A DNA stretch of 63,567 nucleotides, filler included, from Trichomonas gallinae (Eukaryota): NCBI GenBank assembly GCA_008369845.1. It is 4 parts of 4 records of this genome, joined end to end, with 100 filler letters (N's around TTAATTAATTAA, not from the genome) between each part and the next. Parts side by side here need not be neighbours in the genome. Positions count along the whole stretch, not along the records: positions 1 to 27,289 come from MRSU01000253.1; positions 27,390 to 52,567 come from MRSU01000254.1; 2 more parts are not named here. One strand, 5' to 3'. Positions 21,400 through 31,497 of this stretch are shown here, one piece after another. Position numbers and translations under genes: made by a program. The notes under the pieces are model-generated. The model saw only the letters and a list, made by a program, of their open reading frames with translations. It made no database searches and had not been told where the DNA came from. Numbering within the stretch: position 1 is the first letter of the stretch; each line of letters starts with the position of its first letter.

Positions 21400-21865
21400 T
21401 CCCGCACGAGAAAATACGCGATAGGGCTCTAAGGGCGAGGAACGACGAAAATGGTGGAGCAAAACTGTGATGATCTTGACTTTTTGGAAATATCCAGGAA
21501 TACTTATGATAGACCAACTGCTCATAAGCAGTCAGTCAGTATAGCATCAGTATTCCTGGATATTTTCAAATAGTTCGAAAAAAACTAAATTTCAAAATTT
21601 ATTTTAAATAAATACAGAATATTCTGTTGCTGCACAAGCATATGGTGTATCATATTGGAACAACTACATATGCTTATGCTGCAGCTGAGTATTAGACATC
21701 AAACACTCGTGCTTTTCTGAGTATTTTTGGCTGAAATCACAGTTATGCTCCAACATATGGTGTATTTCCATCATGGATGTGCCAAATGCGATGGAGCAAA
21801 ACTGTGATTTCAGCTCAAAAGCAAAATAAAAGTTGTATAATTTGATGATTTGGTTCTCATCAAAA
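21400..21865 (+). ncRNA. Putative structured non-coding RNA: three long imperfect hairpins (21483-21570, 21618-21693, 21725-21820) plus small stems
   Basis: Arms checked base by base are complementary over 27-45 positions with several G:U pairs on the + strand; no long ORF; GC above flanks. Transcription is not shown. Confidence 0.55.
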
Positions 21866-22034
21866 TTCTTGCGAAAATAGTTAAGTTAGACACAATGTTT
21901 ATTAACAAAAAATGAAACCATTATTGTGTTCATTAATTTTTGATTTTTGTTATATGAAAAATCTGACTTGTAAAGTGACAGATTTGACAAATGTAAGAGT
22001 CGATAAAAGTGACGATGACGCAAAAAGTGGCTGA

Positions 22035-23000
22035 ATGGAAATAGCTGCAATACCTGAAAAGTTAATTAAAAAAGCAATTACTGGCCAGCCAGGAAGTCCG
22101 GATTGGGCAGCAATACTCGATATAATTGGTAAACTTGAAACAGCACCTTCAGCTATAAATTTGTTACTTGAGTCACTCGCAATGCGTCTTAAAAAGGATG
22201 TTCTCGGTGTAAAATTAAACGTACTTGTACTAATTGATGCTCTTTTCAAGAATGGAAAGCAACCGATGCTCTCAAGGATGCAGTGCCAATTTTTATACAA
22301 AACATTATCTGATCCAATAGTCTCAGAAGAGCCACAATTACAGAACTTTATTCATGTGAATTCACCTGAATGGATCAAATCATGCATAAATAACAATTGT
22401 CTGGATTCTGAATTTGAAGCATGGCAAAAACAGAAAGGATCACAAAGATTCGTACAAGGATTATCATCACAAATCAAAAAGAAATTTATTGCACAGTTAC
22501 AATTTGCATCAAAAGCAACAATCATTTATTCGCAATTTCTAATTTCTGCTTTTTTGGATAAAACAAACCCGGATACTCCACTACTCAAAGAAATGTCCCT
22601 AAATGTAAGCGAGATAAATTCTAGAACACAAGACCTTAAAGATACATTGATCGATCGCGAAGTAAAGCAGTTTTGCACAGCAGTATATAACTTTTCAAGA
22701 CTTGCAATTCAATTCCATGAGAATCTCAAAAAGAAAAAGACAGTTGAGCCATATCCTTTAGTTAAATTGCTAACTATCGTACAGAGCTACCTTCCAAAAG
22801 AAGAAGCAATGCCAGAACCAGTCAAAGAGAATACAATCAGAAGGCCATTGAGAACTGCCGGTGATGATATGACTGATGAGGAATTTTTCACAGAACTCAA
22901 AAAGATCAGATCAACCGTAGCTACACCTCAGCAAACCATTGATTTGCTTTCAAGTGCTCCTCCAGCACCACTACAACAAGACCTTCTCATACTTTTATAA
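22035..23000 (+). CDS. VHS-like domain protein (TOM1/GGA-type membrane trafficking)
   Basis: AITGQPGSPDWAAILDII...LAMRLKKDVLGVKLNVLVLIDALFKNG matches the VHS helix pattern; IDLL/DLLIL motifs in the tail. Confidence 0.7.
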   Translation: MEIAAIPEKLIKKAITGQPGSPDWAAILDIIGKLETAPSAINLLLESLAMRLKKDVLGVKLNVLVLIDALFKNGKQPMLSRMQCQFLYKTLSDPIVSEEPQLQNFIHVNSPEWIKSCINNNCLDSEFEAWQKQKGSQRFVQGLSSQIKKKFIAQLQFASKATIIYSQFLISAFLDKTNPDTPLLKEMSLNVSEINSRTQDLKDTLIDREVKQFCTAVYNFSRLAIQFHENLKKKKTVEPYPLVKLLTIVQSYLPKEEAMPEPVKENTIRRPLRTAGDDMTDEEFFTELKKIRSTVATPQQTIDLLSSAPPAPLQQDLLILL

Positions 23001-23572
23001 GATATTTAATTGTTTTATTACATATTTGTTTATTTATACATAAAAATTGATATATGTTGAAATACTTATGATATCCGTAACCACCAACTTTGCCCTTAAA
23101 CTTATGAAATTCAAATTGAGCAAAAATTTTATGCTACTAAATCGCAGTAAATGCTCAAATATGTTTACCTAGATTAATGCCAAAAGAATCAGCTCTAATT
23201 CGTTAAATGATTTAATTTGAAAAGACTGTTGTAAAATAAATCGAATTCACCGTGAATAACATATGAATTTACCTGTAAGTAAACTAATTATGACAGCAAA
23301 ATTGTCATAATTGGTCAGCAAATGGATAGCAAAATTTTATTCAAAATTGTTGATTTTTGCTATCTTTGTTGAGAGTAGATACCAATAAAATGGCTTTTGT
23401 CTCAAATAAAATTATTCTTAAAAAAGTTGATTTGGAAGTCTCAATAATATAAAAAATACGATTATTTTACACACAAAATATGAAAGGTAAAATTTTCCAA
23501 TATATTCGTTTTCGATTTATATATCACAAAACCAAAATTTTAAATTGAATGATTTATATTTTTTAATTTACA

Positions 23573-24232
23573 ATGAATTCTGGTGTCAAGGTGATTCTTG
23601 TTGGGGATTCCACTGTCGGAAAAACCACTTTACTCAGGGCTTTGTCCGGTGCAAACTTGAATGAGCCGATTTCTCCTACGATGGCTGCTGCATTTACAAG
23701 TATACCGATTCAAAATCCAGCAACACAAGAGACTTATATGTTCAATTTATGGGATACTGCTGGGCAAGAAGCGTATAGATCGCTTATAAAGGTCTACTTC
23801 CGGTCAATTCAAGTGGCTATATTAGTATATGACATTACCAATAGAGAAACTTTCGACAAAATTGATGAATGGATAAATGATATAGATAATAACTCGGGAA
23901 ATGATACATATAGATTGATTATAGTAGGAAATAAAATTGATCGAGGAAATGAAAGACAGGTAAAAGAAGAAGAACTACTCAATAAAGCGAAGCACCAAGG
24001 TGCTAAGTACATCGAGGTTTCTGCTTTATCGCAATTGCAAACAAGTTGTCTTAAAGGAATGTTATTAAGTGTTTATTTAGACAAGCATTCATCGCGAGCT
24101 GAACTAATGAAGCAGAACAAAGACGAGCCTACACAAACAGCTGAGCCTACATATGAAGAAACAAATGTTAACGCTCCAATTATCTCGTTAACGGACGAAA
24201 AGCAGAAGAAACGACCCTGCTGTAAAGAATAA
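23573..24232 (+). CDS. Rab-family small GTPase
   Basis: GDSTVGKT, WDTAGQE, NKID, EVSA, C-terminal CCKE. Confidence 0.95.
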   Translation: MNSGVKVILVGDSTVGKTTLLRALSGANLNEPISPTMAAAFTSIPIQNPATQETYMFNLWDTAGQEAYRSLIKVYFRSIQVAILVYDITNRETFDKIDEWINDIDNNSGNDTYRLIIVGNKIDRGNERQVKEEELLNKAKHQGAKYIEVSALSQLQTSCLKGMLLSVYLDKHSSRAELMKQNKDEPTQTAEPTYEETNVNAPIISLTDEKQKKRPCCKE

Positions 24233-24704
24233 TACTATCTATATTAAAACCTTTTGTTAATAAAAATATCTTTTATACCTTTTTTTATTTAGTAAATCAC
24301 AAGCAATAAATGAACTCATTACGCAACAAAGGATTCAATGCACTAAATTATCATATTATATCTTATAATATTTTATATTGATAAATTCAAAAATTAAAAA
24401 TATTTATGAAATCTTCAACTATAATATATAACTCGGCACAGTTGATTGGAATTCTTTGAGCAAAATCTAAATAAACAAATTGAGCAATAATTGCAATAAC
24501 TACATCTGAATTTCTTTATTTTTCATATACTAACAAAGGTTGTTGATATAAATATTAACATAGGCAAGATATTATTAAATTGTGTATTTTGAGAATAATA
24601 TATAACACAAATTACAAATTTGAGTTCATAATTGGATTAATGTTTGAAGTTATTCTGCTTTTTATTTATTAAAAATACATAATTAAACAATTAAATACAA
24701 AAAT

Positions 24705-26918
24705 TTAAAATGGACCTCTCACGCTCATTGGCTCCTCATTAAACAGTGAATTAGAGAATGGTGACCTTGATTTGCTGAACATCGGCGAGTTTCTAGGCGT
24801 CATTGACTGTGGATCGAATCTCGGCGATTTTCCGAGCGGAGACCTAAAGATAGGCGGCGGCTTCAATGGCGTTGATCGCTTCTTGTTCCTGAATATCATG
24901 TCTATCTTCAATGATTGGCTGTCAATACTGTGTTTAATCTCGTCAAACTTCGATGAATAGCTTTGCATCAAGTTTTCGCTCATTGTTTTAAGTTTTAGTG
25001 CCAAATCTGATATATTCGGTTTAATAAATTCACTCATCAGCATCTGTCCGAAAGAGAGGAAGCTATCTCCTAATAAGTCGCCTTTTGTTGAGTCATCCAA
25101 CACCTCTTCAAGCGTGTCAATTGTTTTGATTTTGTTCGCGTTGTCAGGAACTGGGGATAAAGTTCTTTCCATTGTCGTGGAGAGCGTTTTGAGGAATTCT
25201 AATGTCTTCTGGTGAGTGAATTCGTAGTAGGAGAGCCTCTCTGATTTGTTTTTAGCGACAATTTGCGACTTCGATGAATAATCAGTCGAAATCTTTAATC
25301 TTTCAATTTGCGAGTCTTTCTCTATAACTGTTTGAGTGAGTTTATCGATCTCGTCCTGCAGTGTCCTGTTCCTTGAGACAAGTGTCTGGTTCTGCTTCTT
25401 GAGGGCATCAGAAACTTCATCTGGTTGTATTTCTAGGATTTTCGCAGACTTTTCTTTTTCTTCTTCAAGTTGATGCTTGAGAGATTCAATTTTAGAAGAC
25501 AATGTTTGGTTTTTAGATTGCTCAAATTCAACCTGATTCTGGAAGTTTGATGCTTGCTCTGATAACTTCATCGCATTAACAATTTTTTCGAGGATTTCTT
25601 CAATTTTCTGTGGAACTTCTTTCTTATCGTGACAACCAAGGAGCGAACACACCGAATTCGCGAAGTTATCGTATTCTATCTTAATTTTACTTATCTCTTT
25701 CAACTGATTTTCGTTTTGAATTTGCAATTCATTAATGTGCTGATTTAGATTTTGATTTTGTGATTCAGTGGACTTCATTCCTTTGTTTAATGATTCTATG
25801 TGTGTGTTGAGAATGTTTATTTGATTTCTGTCTTTTCTCGAATTCGATTCTTTAACTTCAACGGAAATTCTTAGTTCTGAGTTTTGTTCTATCAACTCTT
25901 TAATCTTTTTAGTCAAGTCATCACGATAAAATTCGAATTCTTTGATCTTTTTGCTGTAGTTATTTATCGAAAGGTTTAATTGTTGAATTTGGCTATTAAG
26001 TTGGTGGTTTTCTTTTATTACTTGTTCATACTGTGCCAATTGATCTTCATCAAGCTTTCTAGCATCTTGAGAATTCAAAGAATCAAGATTTGAACGCAAT
26101 TCAGCGTTTTCTGATCTGAGTTTTGTAATTATGATTTCGGATTCAATGATTTTGGCTGATTCTTTGGATTTTTCTATCTTTAAACCTTCGAATTCTTTCT
26201 TCAATTGTAAAATCTGTTGAATTAAACTTTGATTTTCAGCTATCAAGTCACTATTGTGATTTTCTAGCTCATCAACTTTACCTGAATCGTTTCTATAATG
26301 AGAAAGTTGACTTTGTAATTTAGAATTCTCCGATAATAAAATTTCTTGTTCTTTTGTTATTTTTTCTAAATCTGATGAAAGATTTGCATTCTTTTGTTTG
26401 AGTTGAGATATTTCACGAACGTACTGTGATATATCTTGAACACTCATGCTTTTATCTTCATATCTTTTTATCTGTTCATGGAGAGAGTTAATTTCTGATT
26501 CAAGAGATTGGGATTGAGCAACCAACTCTGATTCCATTTGGCTTAGCCTATTTTTCAAACTTGAATTTTCATTATTTAATGAATCAATTTTAGTTTGAAA
26601 ATTGCTTGTTATGTCCATAATGGAGTCATTTAGATGTGCATTTTCAGAAGTCAAGCGTTGAATTTGCGTCAAATAATCTTCTGCGTTAAGTAGATTTTGA
26701 ACAGTACCGATACTTTGGCCCTTCTCTTCGTATATTTTGACTTGGTTGCGAAGAAATTCGATTTCTTCCTGTTGAGATTGAATCTGGAATTCTAATCCTC
26801 TTATTTTTTCTTCATTGATTATTTTCGGGCCGGTAGTGCCTGATATAACATCCCTTAACTCTTGTTCCATTCCTGAAACTATCGATGCGAAAGCATGGAT
26901 CCTATTTTCGTCATCCAT
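24705..26918 (-). CDS. Coiled-coil protein with SP/TP-rich C-terminal tail
   Basis: 737-aa ORF with continuous heptads; tail contains TPLK, SPLG, SPRF, TPRN, SPMF, SPFS. Confidence 0.85.
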   Translation of the reverse strand: MDDENRIHAFASIVSGMEQELRDVISGTTGPKIINEEKIRGLEFQIQSQQEEIEFLRNQVKIYEEKGQSIGTVQNLLNAEDYLTQIQRLTSENAHLNDSIMDITSNFQTKIDSLNNENSSLKNRLSQMESELVAQSQSLESEINSLHEQIKRYEDKSMSVQDISQYVREISQLKQKNANLSSDLEKITKEQEILLSENSKLQSQLSHYRNDSGKVDELENHNSDLIAENQSLIQQILQLKKEFEGLKIEKSKESAKIIESEIIITKLRSENAELRSNLDSLNSQDARKLDEDQLAQYEQVIKENHQLNSQIQQLNLSINNYSKKIKEFEFYRDDLTKKIKELIEQNSELRISVEVKESNSRKDRNQINILNTHIESLNKGMKSTESQNQNLNQHINELQIQNENQLKEISKIKIEYDNFANSVCSLLGCHDKKEVPQKIEEILEKIVNAMKLSEQASNFQNQVEFEQSKNQTLSSKIESLKHQLEEEKEKSAKILEIQPDEVSDALKKQNQTLVSRNRTLQDEIDKLTQTVIEKDSQIERLKISTDYSSKSQIVAKNKSERLSYYEFTHQKTLEFLKTLSTTMERTLSPVPDNANKIKTIDTLEEVLDDSTKGDLLGDSFLSFGQMLMSEFIKPNISDLALKLKTMSENLMQSYSSKFDEIKHSIDSQSLKIDMIFRNKKRSTPLKPPPIFRSPLGKSPRFDPQSMTPRNSPMFSKSRSPFSNSLFNEEPMSVRGPF

Positions 26919-26944
26919 ACTGCATCAAAATTTCTAAACGGTCC

Positions 26945-27093
26945 TCATCCCTTATTAAAAATATCGGACCCTCAACAATAAATCTTTTCAAGAAGTCATC
27001 CCTTAATAATTTTGTCCCACCCTTAACAGTAAAGCAGGCTACTCTCACCGCTATTAATATTATCAAACCCTCAACGATAAAAGTCTTCAACAT
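26945..27093. repeat. Three degenerate ~50-bp tandem repeats upstream of the coiled-coil gene
   Basis: Units start at 26945, 26996, 27045; core ACCCTYAACRRTAAA at 26968, 27019, 27067. Confidence 0.7.
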
Positions 27094-27289
27094 GTTACTT
27101 AATTATATACATGTCGAAATGGCTCTAGAATTTAGGCGCCATATGGTTCGCCGGCGCCAAAGGCGGCGCCAATGGCGAAACGATAACAATTATTATGGTA
27201 ATTACCAATTTTTTTAAGGGTGCGCTTGCACCTTCAATTTTTTCTATGAGCTCAGTGAATTGGTCTGATCCTCCTTTTTAAAAAGAGTT

Positions 27290-27389
27290 NNNNNNNNNNN
27301 NNNNNNNNNNNNNNNNNNNNNNNNNNNNNNNNNTTAATTAATTAANNNNNNNNNNNNNNNNNNNNNNNNNNNNNNNNNNNNNNNNNNNN
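27290..27389. other. Assembly spacer (N44-TTAATTAATTAA-N44)
   Basis: Ns around a six-frame-stop linker; identical at three places in the window. Confidence 0.98.
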
Positions 27390-28484
27390 TATCATAGATC
27401 ATATTCTAAATTTTGATACTCTCAAAAGTCTATCGTCCCCCTTCGGCTCATTTTTTGTCTCCACTATATAGTCGTATTTTACGTTCAATAACTAATAATT
27501 TTATATAGTTCATTGTTACAAGCATGTATTTCAGTCTAAATGCTGTTAACATTATTGAACAATCAATTTCGTTATTCTTTCTAAACAAATGACAATTAGA
27601 TGTTTTTAGTGTTGCAATAATATACCTCATTATAAAATTTACATATCATTATGTTCAGGCCCAAAAAACTCGCATTATATATTAATGTATAGATCATCTA
27701 AAAAGATAGGAAATGAGTAACTTTAAAGAGTATGTAATGATCAAAAATATAATACAGAGCATTATACTATACACAGCACGCATTTTATTGACAAAATGAC
27801 TTATATTGTTAACATTTTTAAATATATAATTGAATAGTAAAGATATTCATTTAGTATGAATCCAATGAAATATGCATATTGTTAACAAATGATGAAATCA
27901 CTTTAACTATATTATAACAAGAATATTATATGAATCAATGATACATTGTATATATTTTGATTGAAAAACATTATGCAATATCCATCATTTACCATTTGAA
28001 GCTAAAAATACATTATTTCATATGAATAGTAAACAATATTTCAATTTCAACAACAATTAAACTTCATAATACTTAATAAATTAAGTTTAACTTTTCTTTA
28101 TAGAATCATCATAATATCTTGTTTCTTATGCAATGTTATTCGTGTTTTTGATATCATAAAATAGAAAATTTCAGAATGAACATTAAGAAACCTATATTTA
28201 TAACATGCTATGTTTTGCCGCAAAATAACTCCCAGAATAAGAATGATTGGTATTGCAATGAAAATCTTTAACGAATATATGTATTTAAATTTTAACCAAG
28301 AAATACTGTTCAAGTCCTAATTTGTAATGCACATCTTGTTTTGGTTTCAATAGTCAAATTAAGGTTTTGATTTTTAAAATTGGCTTGAAATGCAATATAG
28401 AATAATAAATATATAACTATCCTGGCTACACTTTTCAAGTATATTACTAAACATGCGTAAATTTAGTATAAACAACAAAACATT

Positions 28485-29321
28485 TTATTTCCGATTGTTT
28501 TTTCGAATATAATCAATAATATACTGTTCAATCTCTTCAGGCGTACTAATTTCGTTTTTATGTGTATTGCAAAATGCTTGATAAGCCATTTCTCTATCAA
28601 CTTTTCCATTTAATGTATCTGGTACTTCCGAATCATTTGTTATAGGCGGAGGATCATAAGCTAATTTCGGTGCTTTTATTTTTCGACGCCTAGTATGTCT
28701 TCTTTGCTTTAAATTTGATTGATTATTATTATTATCTAAAGTTAGCATAGTAAACGTTAAAGACATTGACTCTGACTCTGATTCTTTCTTTCTATCACTG
28801 TGTTTTGATCCTTTGGGAGGCATAATAATATCTTCTGCAATATCAAGAGTGTGAAGTTCTTTCGCATCCCGCACATCAAGTTGTATCGATGGAATATCGC
28901 GTTCTTTCATAATGGCACTAGGCCCTGTCGATGAATCTTCAATTATATGAATTTCGCTCGATTCGTTAATTACTTTTCGTTCTTCAATATGCCGCTCTTG
29001 TATTTTATGTGGTTTTGGCGAATGCTGCTTCTTGTGATTTTGCTTTATATCGAATTTTTTGTTAAATAATTCTTCAATGTCGCTTGAATCATTTGTTTGT
29101 GTGATATGGACAGTACCAAATTCCAATAATCTTGGAATTTTAGAACTGTCCTTCGATTTTTTCTTACGAGACTGTCTTTCTCGCGATTGTGCTTTAAAAA
29201 CAGACAATGCTTCTTTTGCCATATCAATTGTAGACGCATCATCGTTTCTGTTGGAATGGGTCGATCGTTTAGGCGAACGAGTAGCCTGTTTAAAAGGATT
29301 ATCATAATAATTTCGAGACAT
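28485..29321 (-). CDS. Hypothetical basic/disordered protein (likely start MSRNYYD at 29321)
   Basis: Long ORF rich in K/R/S; the ORF-track start at 29375 is a TTG inside a promoter motif. Confidence 0.75.
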   Translation of the reverse strand: MSRNYYDNPFKQATRSPKRSTHSNRNDDASTIDMAKEALSVFKAQSRERQSRKKKSKDSSKIPRLLEFGTVHITQTNDSSDIEELFNKKFDIKQNHKKQHSPKPHKIQERHIEERKVINESSEIHIIEDSSTGPSAIMKERDIPSIQLDVRDAKELHTLDIAEDIIMPPKGSKHSDRKKESESESMSLTFTMLTLDNNNNQSNLKQRRHTRRRKIKAPKLAYDPPPITNDSEVPDTLNGKVDREMAYQAFCNTHKNEISTPEEIEQYIIDYIRKNNRK

Positions 29322-30192
29322 CAAATAAATTATGAAGTTAACAGATTTTGTTTGTAAATTTAGTTTACATGACAAAATTTTGGAAAAAAAGAAATTAATA
29401 CCAAATTAGACACTTATTCCAAATAACTCATCTTTTTAAACGAAAAATCATCAAATTTTAAAAATCTGATACTGAACAAATGGCATAATTTTTGTAATTT
29501 TTTTGAAAAATTATGATTTTTGATGAAAAAGAAATCGTATTTTACAAAAATAAAGTGAAAGTACCACTATGTTTTAGTTTCCTGTTGTTAATGACTACAT
29601 TAAATGGCAAAATAACATTTATTGAATATTTCTCATTTCCCTTTTAGACGCCTCAACATGAGATTATTCGTCATATCATGAAGAGATTCTTGGTGTGAGA
29701 TATATTTAAGCTGTTATAAAGGTTTCAATATAAAATATTTTTTTTCAAAAGGCACAATGCATTCTCAATTTAATGAACATACATCGGGCAAAGAAAAACA
29801 AACGGGACAATATATAACATTTAATCGCATTTTATAACTATCTTCTCTTATGAACACTATACAACCAAGTTAAAACTCGGAAACTATTTATTGTACAATA
29901 GTTTAACTCCTCAATCACTAAATAAAGACTTCACTTCATGTTAATTTATCTCAAATCTATTTATATATAAATTATAATGAAATTACACAGTGCATCCTTT
30001 ATCCTATAAGCTTCTCTCATAATATAATCAAAGCTTGTATAGTATTGTTATATACAATCATTGTTGTGCGATTTGTCTTGCCATTATATACGTGATTATT
30101 AACGATAAATGAAAAACAAACAGTAAGGATTTGCAATAACATGAAAATCGATTTAATAAACAACAACTGACAAAACAAAATATTGATAAAAC

Positions 30193-30891
30193 TCAATATT
30201 CAATGCGGCGGAAATACTTATCCATGGAGAACCTCTTCATTGGATCCCTATATATCTTAACATCAAAGTCATCTACATCATTGCACAAATTATTTCTGGC
30301 AAATTTTGGATTTGCATTCTTATATACTTGTTCAAACCCATATTTTGTTATCTGACCTTGCTTGTCAAATAGATCTTTCTTATCATGGTAACCAAGAAAC
30401 TTTGAAAATATTTTTTCGTTTACTTTAAAGTGAGCGGAATCGATCCAGTACACGCCAACCGTGTTATATGAACCACTTTTGTGTTTTGTAATGCAAAGTG
30501 CGTTATATACCTTAATATCAAATTGATGGGCAATTCCATTTCTTCGAGAAAAGTAAGAGTTTTGAATCTGTGTTAATGTTTGAGGCTTTGATGACCACTC
30601 GGATAGCGGCACAAGTCCAAAATTCCTAGGTTCAATTACAATTTTATTCGCGTCTTCATTCTGATTTAATTGATGACAGTTGTCACATGTGTTGTCCTTA
30701 TTCGCCCTCGAGCGTGTATTGACATGCTGATGATGAGGTTTCATGTTATTCCCATAGCGGTTGTCATAGAATAATGGGAAAAGACCGCTCGCCTGGAGTA
30801 CCACGTTAACCTTTGCGCGCGGAAGCGGAAACATAGGAGAGATGTCGAGAAACTTGGTGTTGAGGGGCTCATTTGCCAGTGAAGATTCCAT
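30193..30891 (-). CDS. Initiator-binding-domain (IBD, IBP39-like) transcription factor
   Basis: FSRRNG..HQFDIKVYNALCIT...VGVYWIDSAHFKVNEKIFSKFLG...LFDKQGQITKYGF matches the trichomonad IBD family pattern. Confidence 0.85.
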   Translation of the reverse strand: MESSLANEPLNTKFLDISPMFPLPRAKVNVVLQASGLFPLFYDNRYGNNMKPHHQHVNTRSRANKDNTCDNCHQLNQNEDANKIVIEPRNFGLVPLSEWSSKPQTLTQIQNSYFSRRNGIAHQFDIKVYNALCITKHKSGSYNTVGVYWIDSAHFKVNEKIFSKFLGYHDKKDLFDKQGQITKYGFEQVYKNANPKFARNNLCNDVDDFDVKIYRDPMKRFSMDKYFRRIEY

Positions 30892-31497
30892 TATTTGTTT
30901 TTAAAAAAATTAAAAAATTGTTCTCTACATTTTTGAAAGGATTTTTGTGAACTTCTTTATAAAATCACTTTTTGAAAGATCAAAATCTTAAATATATTCA
31001 TCAAAATCATGTGTAGACCTCATATACAAATTAACTCAACGTATCTCTCAAAAGGGATCTTTTCAATTTTCAAATGGCACAAACAAAACTTTCAAAAATC
31101 CCTCGAAGGCTTTTCTATTCAGATACCAAAGGGGTATAAGATGTTAAGATTTTTTATAAAAATAATTCTCTCAATTTAAAAAATCAATAATCGAAACTAA
31201 TTTTGCGATTTTGGCGTAACATATACGCATATGATTCTGTTTTCATAGTTATTTTGAAATGGATAATTTTTGAAAAGAACTGCATTTTGAATAAAGACTG
31301 GGCATGAAGATATACATGTCCAAAATCTTTTAAAAACCATATGTATGCGAAAATGGAGGCGAATTAGCGTCTTTTAAGTTTTCGATAATTTTTTTCAAGG
31401 GTAATGGGTTAAATAAAATCTTTAAAATATCACGGAAAAACTTGGATACTATTAATTACAATACAAACAAACATGAATATATTTATTTCATCAAAAA

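Noticed and set aside
21451..21573. 40-codon ORF (MVEQNCDD…) across hairpin 1
   Set aside because: Short, no Inr or recognisable motif; better explained as a by-product of the inverted repeat
21705..21770. Resemblance of TTTTGGCTGAAATCA to the U2 snRNA 5' region
   Set aside because: The branch-point recognition sequence GTAGTA is absent; hallmark SRP, RNase P/MRP and U3 boxes were also not found by eye
26885..27217. 110-aa and 60-aa ORFs over the repeat and GC island
   Set aside because: They overlap the start and promoter of the coiled-coil gene and are explained by the repeats
27290..27389. TTAATTAATTAA palindrome inside N runs (also 52568-52667 and 61283-61382)
   Set aside because: An identical 100-nt artificial contig linker with stops in all frames; adjacency across it is not guaranteed
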